Shown here piece by piece: positions 49,952-56,212 of a stretch of DNA of 64,000 bases; position 1 is the first letter of the stretch; every line of letters begins with the position of its first letter. The stretch is from Pseudomonadota bacterium (GTDB lineage: Bacteria; Pseudomonadota; Gammaproteobacteria; Burkholderiales; SG8-39), in the NCBI GenBank assembly GCA_021811085.1, contig JAJZPQ010000008.1:18498-82497 (forward strand), in the 5' to 3' direction. The position numbers were made by a program, and so were the translations under genes. The notes beneath the pieces are model-generated. The model was given only the letters and a program-made list of their open reading frames with translations. It was not told where the DNA came from and searched no databases.

Positions 49952-50028
49952 GGTGCGTTCGCCTGCTCCCCGGTGGAAGCGGCTGCGGATGCGGATGGCC
50001 AAGGTGCCCTGCTAGCGGGTGCGGCGCA

Positions 50029-50358
50029 CTAATATCCGCCCTTGCCGAACGGTTTGGGCAGGCCTGCGACGCGCGCGCCCTGTTTGGCCGGTCCGAGCGG
50101 GAACAGATCATATAGCGCCTTGCTGTCGCAGCCCGGCATCAGGTCGGCGATATCTTTGAGCATGTTGCGGAAATTCGGCGTCTGGCCGTGCTCTTTATAC
50201 TGGTCGCGCAGGTATTGCACGACTTTCCAGTGATCGTCGTTCAGCGTGATGCCTTCGGCCTGCGCGATAACGCGCACGGTCTCTTCGCTGTATTCGGGCG
50301 CGAGCAGATAGCCTTCCGCATCGGTTTCCAGTTCCGCGCCGTTCACCACATAAGCCAT
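50029..50358 (-). CDS. DsrC/TusE-fold protein lacking both conserved C-terminal cysteines
   Basis: 109 aa with DsrC-family blocks (LNDDHWKVVQYLRDQYKEHGQTPNFRNMLK, LFPLGPAKQGARVAGLPKP). It ends ...FGKGGY, so both CysA and CysB are absent. Confidence 0.8.
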   Translation of the reverse strand: MAYVVNGAELETDAEGYLLAPEYSEETVRVIAQAEGITLNDDHWKVVQYLRDQYKEHGQTPNFRNMLKDIADLMPGCDSKALYDLFPLGPAKQGARVAGLPKPFGKGGY

Positions 50359-50413
50359 GTTGCGATCCTCCGTTGCTGGTCAGTCGGCCGGTTCCCCCGA
50401 CCTCCAGGAGCTT

Positions 50414-50446
50414 ATTTCGAAACGAGGGGATCTATCCCCTCATGCT
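50414..50446 (-). repeat. Copy B of the AGCATGAGGGG hairpin element
   Basis: The minus-strand reading is AGCATGAGGGGATAGATCCCCTCGTTTCGAAAT, with stem GAGGGGAT/ATCCCCTC. It begins 4 nt after the tandem-TusA stop. Confidence 0.5.
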
Positions 50447-50450
50447 CCCG

Positions 50451-50945
50451 CTAAGTCTTGCGAATGAAGAACTCGTAGGTCCCCGGTGCCACTTCCTGCT
50501 TGGCGAGCAACTGGAGACCGGTCGATTTCACCCATGAATTGACGTCGTCGGGCGAGCCGGGGCAGTTGCTCATCAGGAGCAGGATTTCCCCCGCTTTCAT
50601 TCCGTCGAGCAACTTTTTGGCCTCGATGATCGGCCCGGGACAGCTGACACCGCGTATGTCCAGCCTCACATTGGCCACCGGACGTTTCGCGCCGCTGCCG
50701 CGTTTGATCGTGTATGCCACCCTGCGTCCGCCCAGCCGGTCGGTGCCGATCACCTCGTTGCCGGTGTGGCGGCTCCACGCGAACAGGTCGTCGGGCGTAC
50801 CCGGACAGTCCGATATCAGCTGCATCACCTGCCCCGGCTGCAGATCGTCGATCACATGCTTCGCGCCGAGCAGCGGCGCCGGGCAATTCAGCCCGCACAA
50901 ATCCAGCGTGACCAGGGGTTTGTCTGAATTCCTTTCCGCGCTCAT
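50451..50945 (-). CDS. Protein with two tandem TusA-like domains
   Basis: ORF 50451-50996; the likely start is ATG 50945 (MSAERNSDKPLVTLDLCGLNCPAPLLGAKHVI...). The second domain is VRLDIRGVSCPGPIIEAKKLL. Both domains keep the CPxP cysteine. Confidence 0.8.
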   Translation of the reverse strand: MSAERNSDKPLVTLDLCGLNCPAPLLGAKHVIDDLQPGQVMQLISDCPGTPDDLFAWSRHTGNEVIGTDRLGGRRVAYTIKRGSGAKRPVANVRLDIRGVSCPGPIIEAKKLLDGMKAGEILLLMSNCPGSPDDVNSWVKSTGLQLLAKQEVAPGTYEFFIRKT

Positions 50946-50995
50946 GGCAATTCCTCTCGCTTGTGCGAACGTTCCCGCGTTGAACCGCGCGCCCA

Positions 50996-51589
50996 TCAGG
51001 AGCCTACTGCTGCGGCCGATTTGTGCGGAACGAAAATTCCGCAGCCGTACTTGCGTCCGTTGCCCAGTCCCGACGCCTGCATCCTGAGCGAATCCTCGGG
51101 CGAGAGCTCATGCAGCATCAGGCTGAAACCGACGATCTCCGCTCCTTGTGTCTGCGCGCGGCGCATGTTGCCGCAAACCACCTTGCATCCTACGCTGGCG
51201 CTTTGCAGCTCTGCGCTGACGTCGCGCTGGAACCGAGCCTCATCCGGCGTCGCCGTCGTGACGAACTGCGAATACAGGGTGCCGTGGGCAAACAACGGCC
51301 GCACCTGCGCACTGCCTACCTCGACGCTGTCGCCCAGATCGAGGCGCGCGCCCGAGAGCGCAAACGACTGTTCCACCCGCTTGCGCGGCAAGCGCAGCAT
51401 GAGCCGCGCGCGGGTGCCGAGGTGGACCTCGCCTGCGACCGCGCGCGCGCCGCGGATCGGGTGTACGCCGGCGTCGGGCTCAGCCGCGAGCCAGTCGAGC
51501 CGTTCGCTCAGAAGCCGGAACAGATTCCAGCCGTGATCCGCGGGTATGCTACCACCGCGCAGCGCAAACGCCACATCGACCATGTCCAT
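50996..51589 (-). CDS. Cas6/Cmx6-like RAMP-fold protein (orphan; no CRISPR context)
   Basis: 197 aa. The C-terminal glycine-rich loop GLGNGRKYGCG fits G-h-G-x5-G-h-G of Cas6-type RAMPs. The N-terminus MDMVDVAFALRGGSIPADHGWNLF resembles my memory of the type I-MYXAN Cas6/Cmx6 family. This needs HMM or structural confirmation. Confidence 0.55.
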   Translation of the reverse strand: MDMVDVAFALRGGSIPADHGWNLFRLLSERLDWLAAEPDAGVHPIRGARAVAGEVHLGTRARLMLRLPRKRVEQSFALSGARLDLGDSVEVGSAQVRPLFAHGTLYSQFVTTATPDEARFQRDVSAELQSASVGCKVVCGNMRRAQTQGAEIVGFSLMLHELSPEDSLRMQASGLGNGRKYGCGIFVPHKSAAAVGS

Positions 51590-51592
51590 CTG

Positions 51593-51811
51593 TCAGCTGT
51601 TCTCCTGCGTCTGGGACCAGGCGAGCATCGCCTGCCCCCAGCGCGCAGCGGTATCCGGATCGATCTCGAAAATGGTAAAACGGGCGCCGCGCTCGCGGAT
51701 CCGCAGGCGCAACAGCGGCATGCCCCCGGACTCGTATTCGACCTGCACCAATTCCACCTGCTGGCCTCCGAACGGGCAGGTGAACTTGTCCAGACTCCGG
51801 GTCGTGTCCAT
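51593..51811 (-). CDS. Small hypothetical protein (72 aa), translationally coupled to the Cas6-like gene
   Basis: MDTTRSLDKFTCPFGGQQVELVQVEYESGGMPLLRLRIRERGARFTIFEIDPDTAARWGQAMLAWSQTQENS. GGAG lies 8 nt upstream of the ATG. Its stop is 3 nt before the next start. Confidence 0.5.
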   Translation of the reverse strand: MDTTRSLDKFTCPFGGQQVELVQVEYESGGMPLLRLRIRERGARFTIFEIDPDTAARWGQAMLAWSQTQENS

Positions 51812-52046
51812 GCCATGCGCTCCGCTCGATGCTGGCAGGCACTATCGCACCCGGCGCATGCCATGCAAATCACCGACTTGGATAAGGTGCGGATACTCCC
51901 TTCGGGTAGGTGCAGCATTACCCGTGAGAGTGTGCACGCCCCCCTGCACGAGTAATGGTTGAGCAGGGCGGCGCCATTTAGTATCGTCAAAAAAAAGGCG
52001 CTCCTAAGCCGAGCAAATTGCTTTTTTCCTGAATGGAGGAACACAG

Positions 52047-53342
52047 ATGGCGAAAAAACCGCATGACACGCCCAACCTGGACGCGCTCGAATCAGGCCCG
52101 TGGCCGAGTTTCGTTACCGGTCTCAAGCGTCTGGCCAAGGACAAAGACTCCGTAGTCGACCTCCTCGGTCATCTGGAACATTCGTATGCGACGAGAAAGG
52201 GTTATTGGAAAGGCGGAACGCTAGGCGTCTACGGCTATGGCGGCGGCGTCATCCCGCGCTTTACCGAGATCAAGGACGAGAACGGCAAGCCGGTGTTCCC
52301 GGACGCGGCGGAATTCCATACTCTGCGCGTCATGCCGCCCGCAGGCATGCATTACAGCACCGACATCCTGCGCAAGCTCGCAGACATCTGGGAACGGCAC
52401 GGTTCCGGGCTGATCGCCTTCCATGGCCAGTCGGGCGACATCATGTTCCAGGGCGCGACCAGCGAGAACGTACAGAAGGCCTTCGACGAGATCAACGAAG
52501 CCGGCTTCGACCTCGGCGGAGCGGGCCCCGCGCTGCGCACCTCCATGTCCTGCGTCGGCGCGGCGCGCTGCGAGCAGTCCTGCTACGACGAGGGCAAGGC
52601 GCATCGCATGGTGATCAACAGCTTCCTCGACGACATCCACCGTCCGGCGCTGCCGTACAAGTTCAAGTTCAAGTTCTCGGGCTGCCCCAACGACTGCATG
52701 AACTCGATCCAGCGCTCCGATCTGGCAGTCATCGGCACCTGGCGCGACAACATACGCACCGACGAGGCGCTGGCGAAGAAGTGGTTTGCCAAGCACGGCA
52801 TGAACGAGCTCGTGAACGACGTGGTCGCGCACTGCCCGACCAGGGCAATCCAGCTGAAAGAAATCAAGGAAGTGCGCAAGGACGCCGCCGTGTCTGCGGT
52901 CGCGGTGAACGACACGCACGCCCTGGAGATCGACAACCGCGACTGCGTGCGCTGCATGCACTGCATCAACGTGATGACCGGTGCGCTGGCGCCGGGCAAG
53001 GACAAGGGCGCGACGATCCTCTGCGGCGGCAAGCGCACGCTGAAGATCGGCGACCAGATGGGCACCGTGGTGGTGCCGTTCCAGCCGCTGCAGAACGAAG
53101 AAGATTACGAGCAGATCGTCGAACTGGGGCAGAAGATCATCGACTTCTTCGCCGAGAACGCGCTCGAACACGAGCGCACCGGCGAGATGATCGAACGTAT
53201 CGGTCTGGCCAACTTCCTCGAGGGGATCGGCCTCGACGTGGACGCCAACATGGTGAAAGCGCCGCGCTCCAACCCGTACGTCCGCACCGATGGCTGGGAC
53301 GAGGAAGTGGCCAAGATCAAGGCCAAGAAGGCAGCCGCCTAG
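52047..53342 (+). CDS. dsrA: Dissimilatory sulfite reductase alpha subunit (oxidative/reverse type context)
   Basis: 431 aa: GPWPSFVTGLKRLA..., the siroheme/FeS motif region SMSCVGAARCEQSC, CPNDC, and a ferredoxin insert CVRCMHC. RBS GGAGG. It is followed by dsrB and dsrEFH. Confidence 0.95.
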   Translation: MAKKPHDTPNLDALESGPWPSFVTGLKRLAKDKDSVVDLLGHLEHSYATRKGYWKGGTLGVYGYGGGVIPRFTEIKDENGKPVFPDAAEFHTLRVMPPAGMHYSTDILRKLADIWERHGSGLIAFHGQSGDIMFQGATSENVQKAFDEINEAGFDLGGAGPALRTSMSCVGAARCEQSCYDEGKAHRMVINSFLDDIHRPALPYKFKFKFSGCPNDCMNSIQRSDLAVIGTWRDNIRTDEALAKKWFAKHGMNELVNDVVAHCPTRAIQLKEIKEVRKDAAVSAVAVNDTHALEIDNRDCVRCMHCINVMTGALAPGKDKGATILCGGKRTLKIGDQMGTVVVPFQPLQNEEDYEQIVELGQKIIDFFAENALEHERTGEMIERIGLANFLEGIGLDVDANMVKAPRSNPYVRTDGWDEEVAKIKAKKAAA

Positions 53343-53377
53343 AGTCGGCCCACCTACAGCATGCCTGGAGATAAATA

Positions 53378-54460
53378 ATGGCTGAACCACAAAAGCAGAT
53401 GCGCAAGCCCAAGGAAACCGGGGTTCCGGACAACAAGCAATACATGCATCCGACCCTGGTGAAGAATCACGGCAACTGGAAATACCACGACCGGCCGCGC
53501 CCCGGCGTGCTGCACCACGTGTCGCACTCGGGGGACCAGGTGTGGACGGTGCGCGCAGGCACGCAGCGCCAGATGGATGTGCACACCATCAGGAAGCTGT
53601 GCGACATCGGCGATCAATACGCCGAGGGTCACGTGCGCTTTACCATCCGCTCCAACATCGAGTTCATGGTCGCCGACGAGAAAAAAGTTGCGCCCCTGAT
53701 CGAGACGCTGGAGAAAAACGGCTTTCCGGTGGGCGGCACCGGCAACTCGGTGTCGATGATGGCGCACACGCAGGGCTGGCTGCACTGCGACATCCCCGGC
53801 ACCGACGCCTCGGGCGTGGTGAAGGCGCTGATGGACGAACTGTACGACGAGTTCAGGCGCGAGGAAATGCCCAACCGCGTGCACATGTCGACCTCCTGCT
53901 GCGAGATCAACTGCGGCGGCCAGGCGGACATCGCCATTATCGTGCAGTACACCAAGCCGCCCAAGATCAACCACGATCTGGTCGCGAACGTGTGCGAGCG
54001 GCCGTCGGTCGTGGCGCGCTGCCCGGTGGCGGCGATCCGGCCGGCGCTGGTGAACGGCAAGCCTTCGCTCGAGATCGACGAGAAGAAATGCATGTGCTGC
54101 GGCGCCTGTTATCCGCCGTGCCCGCCGATGCAGATCAACGATCCCGAGCACACCAAGCTCGCGATCTGGGTGGGCGGCAAGAACTCCAACGCCCGCGGCA
54201 GGCCGACGTTCATGAAAATGGTCGCTTCCGGACTGCCGAACAACCCGCCGCGCTGGCCCGAAGTGGCCGCCGTGGTGAAGAAGATTCTGCACGTCTACAA
54301 GGAGGACGCGCGCTCGTGGGAACGCCTGTCCGACTGGGTCGAGCGCATCGGCTGGCCGCGCTTTTTCGAGAAGACCGGGCTGACGTTCACCAAGTATCTG
54401 ATTGACGACTGGCGCGGCAGCCGCGCCAATCTGAACGCGTCGACGCATATCAGGTTCTAG
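53378..54460 (+). CDS. dsrB: Dissimilatory sulfite reductase beta subunit
   Basis: 360 aa: HGNWKYHDRPRPGVLHHVS..., CCEINCGGQ, and a ferredoxin domain CMCCGACYPPCP. Confidence 0.95.
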   Translation: MAEPQKQMRKPKETGVPDNKQYMHPTLVKNHGNWKYHDRPRPGVLHHVSHSGDQVWTVRAGTQRQMDVHTIRKLCDIGDQYAEGHVRFTIRSNIEFMVADEKKVAPLIETLEKNGFPVGGTGNSVSMMAHTQGWLHCDIPGTDASGVVKALMDELYDEFRREEMPNRVHMSTSCCEINCGGQADIAIIVQYTKPPKINHDLVANVCERPSVVARCPVAAIRPALVNGKPSLEIDEKKCMCCGACYPPCPPMQINDPEHTKLAIWVGGKNSNARGRPTFMKMVASGLPNNPPRWPEVAAVVKKILHVYKEDARSWERLSDWVERIGWPRFFEKTGLTFTKYLIDDWRGSRANLNASTHIRF

Positions 54461-54484
54461 GAGAAAAGTGAACAAGGGGACCTG

Positions 54485-54549
54485 GGGAAGGGGTGGGACC
54501 CTTCCCTTCCCACCCGGGGCCACTTGTCCCGCGAGGGGACTTCCCCGCG
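54485..54549 (+). promoter_or_regulatory. Two GC-rich hairpins in the 147-nt dsrB-dsrE spacer
   Basis: GGGAAGGG-GTGGGA-CCCTTCCC (54485-54506) and CGCGAGGGGA-CT-TCCCCGCG with one bulge (54530-54549). Confidence 0.4.
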
Positions 54550-54607
54550 ACGGTGATCGAGACCTGCAAGGTCGAGATCCCACAAATCGGAGTTGCAGAA
54601 AGAAACT

Positions 54608-54967
54608 ATGAATATCGGCATCCTGGTGAACGAAGGTCCGTACACGCATGAGGCTTCGGACAGCGCCTACCAGTTCTGCAAGGCGGCGCTGGCGGCGGGG
54701 CACCAGATTCAGCGTGTGTTCTTCTATCACGACGGTGTTAACAACGCGAGCCGGCTGACCGAGCCGCCGCAGGACGACCGTAACATCGTCAACCGCTGGT
54801 CCAAGCTTGCTACCGATCACAAGGTCGATCTGGTGGTGTGCGTGGCAGCGGCGTTGCGGCGCGGCATCAAGGACGAGAATCTGGCGCCGGGCTTCCGCAT
54901 TTCGGGCCTGGGCCAGCTGATCGAGTCGAGTATCCAGGCCGACCGACTGGTTACCTTCGGCGACTGA
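54608..54967 (+). CDS. dsrE: Sulfurtransferase DsrE
   Basis: ATG 54608 within ORF 54593-54967. MNIGILVNEGPYTHEASDSAYQFCKAALAAGHQIQRVFFYHDGVNN...VVCVAAALRRG... closely parallels Allochromatium DsrE, including the active-site Cys. Confidence 0.92.
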   Translation: MNIGILVNEGPYTHEASDSAYQFCKAALAAGHQIQRVFFYHDGVNNASRLTEPPQDDRNIVNRWSKLATDHKVDLVVCVAAALRRGIKDENLAPGFRISGLGQLIESSIQADRLVTFGD

Positions 54968-54990
54968 CATACCTGGGGAGGCAAAGCGCA

Positions 54991-55362
54991 GTGGGAGAGG
55001 GTACCGTAAAGAAGATCATGTACGTGAACCGCAAGGCTCCGTACGGAACGATCTACGCGCTGGAATCGCTGGAGGTGGTGTTGATTGCCGCCGCGTTCGA
55101 CCAGGACGTAAGCCTGGTGTTCATGGACGACGGTGTGTACCAGCTGAAGAAGGGTCACCAGACCAAGGGCATCGAGGTGAAGAACTTCCAGCCCACCTAC
55201 CGCGCGCTCGACGACTACGACGTCAACAAGCTGTACGTGGAAAAGGAGGCGCTGGAAGCGCGCGGCCTGTCGGAAGCGGACATGTGCGTGCCGGTGGAAG
55301 TGAAGAGCGCGGCCGAGATCGGCAAGCTCATGGAAGAGCAGGATGTGCTGCTGAGCTTTTAA
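54991..55362 (+). CDS. dsrF: Sulfurtransferase complex subunit DsrF
   Basis: In-frame GTG 54991 after GGGGAGG (the alternative is ATG 55018). ...VKKIMYVNRKAPYGTIYALESLEVVLIAAAFDQDVSLVFMDDGVYQL. Confidence 0.85.
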   Translation: MGEGTVKKIMYVNRKAPYGTIYALESLEVVLIAAAFDQDVSLVFMDDGVYQLKKGHQTKGIEVKNFQPTYRALDDYDVNKLYVEKEALEARGLSEADMCVPVEVKSAAEIGKLMEEQDVLLSF

Positions 55363-55376
55363 GGAATAGGAGACCT

Positions 55377-55676
55377 ATGCTGCATATCGTCAACAAGTCG
55401 CCGCTGGAGCGCAACACCCTGGATAGCTGTCTCGCGGCGGCGCAGTCCGGCGCGGCGGTACTGCTGATCGAGGACGGGGTGTATGCCGCGACGCGCGGCA
55501 ACGCGGCCGAGAGCAAGCTGCGCTCGGCCTCCGAGCGGCTGGAAATTTATGTGCTTGCGCCGGATCTGGAGGCGCGCGGCATGGGGGCATCGCTGACCGA
55601 GGGTGTGAAGCCGGTCGATTACGCCGGGTTTGTCGATTTGGTGGTGAAGCACAAGAATTGCCAGTCTTGGCTGTAA
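55377..55676 (+). CDS. dsrH: Sulfurtransferase complex subunit DsrH
   Basis: ATG 55377 within ORF 55284-55676. MLHIVNKSPLERNTLDSCLAAAQSGAAVLLIEDGVYAA...VDYAGFVDLVVKHKNCQSWL. Confidence 0.88.
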   Translation: MLHIVNKSPLERNTLDSCLAAAQSGAAVLLIEDGVYAATRGNAAESKLRSASERLEIYVLAPDLEARGMGASLTEGVKPVDYAGFVDLVVKHKNCQSWL

Positions 55677-55732
55677 TCGGAGCCAATCTGGACCGCGATA
55701 GCGCAGTTGACGCGAGCGGGTGGGGTTGGGGA

Positions 55733-55765
55733 AGCATGAGGGGCACCATCCCCTCATTTTGAAAC
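55733..55765 (+). repeat. Copy A of the AGCATGAGGGG hairpin element (dsrH-dsrC spacer)
   Basis: AGCATGAGGGGCACCATCCCCTCATTTTGAAAC, with stem ATGAGGGG/CCCCTCAT (55736-55757) followed by TTTT. It ends 18 nt before the dsrC ATG. A TTGACG hexamer lies at 55707-55712. Confidence 0.5.
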
Positions 55766-55783
55766 GAGTTCAAAGGAGCGCAT

Positions 55784-56119
55784 ATGGCTGCTATCGACGT
55801 AAACGGCAAGAGCTACGAGGTCGACGAAGAGGGGTATCTGGTCAACCTGGCCGAATGGGACGAGGACGTGGGCAAGGTCCTCGCCGAAGGCGAGAAAATC
55901 GAAATGACACCGAACCACTGGGAAGTCGTCAACTTTCTGCGCGATTATTACAACGAGTTCCAGATCGCTCCGGCGGTGCGCGTGCTCACCAAGGCAATCG
56001 GCAAGAAGCTTGGACCGGAAAAAGGAAACAGCCAGTACCTGTACGAATTGTTTCCCTATGGCCCGGCAAAGCAGGCGTGCAAGATCGCCGGCTTGCCCAA
56101 GCCGACCGGCTGCATTTAG
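55784..56119 (+). CDS. dsrC: DsrC, bona fide (both C-terminal cysteines present)
   Basis: 111 aa: ...LFPYGPAKQACKIAGLPKPTGCI, with CysB at residue 99 and CysA at residue 110 (C-x10-C). Confidence 0.95.
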   Translation: MAAIDVNGKSYEVDEEGYLVNLAEWDEDVGKVLAEGEKIEMTPNHWEVVNFLRDYYNEFQIAPAVRVLTKAIGKKLGPEKGNSQYLYELFPYGPAKQACKIAGLPKPTGCI

Positions 56120-56131
56120 CCCGCTTCCGCA

Positions 56132-56170
56132 GAAAACGCAAAGGTTTTCGCAATGAAGACCTTGGTTTTC
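56132..56170 (+). promoter_or_regulatory. Tandem short hairpins in the dsrC-dsrM spacer (possible attenuator)
   Basis: GAAAAC-GCAAAG-GTTTTC (56132-56149) and GAAGAC-CTTG-GTTTTC (56155-56170). The middle GTTTTC could alternatively pair with GAAGAC. Confidence 0.3.
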
Positions 56171-56212
56171 TCCCTCGAGCCCGTGGGCAGGCTGCGCTGA
56201 AATGAGCGCGCG

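Noticed and set aside
50996-52046. A CRISPR array or other cas genes near the Cas6-like gene.
   Set aside because: I looked for regularly spaced direct repeats of 25-40 nt around the gene and across the window and found none. The flanking genes are dsrA and TusA/DsrC-like genes, not cas genes.
55736-55762. Mini-ORFs starting at the ATG inside the AGCATGAGGGG element (MRGTIPSF-stop in copy A, MRG-stop in copy B, and the 118-aa ORF 42368-42724 in copy C).
   Set aside because: The peptide is not conserved beyond MRG, Shine-Dalgarno spacing is poor or absent, and the copy C frame runs out of frame through the tusA-like gene. The conserved feature is the base-paired stem, not a reading frame.
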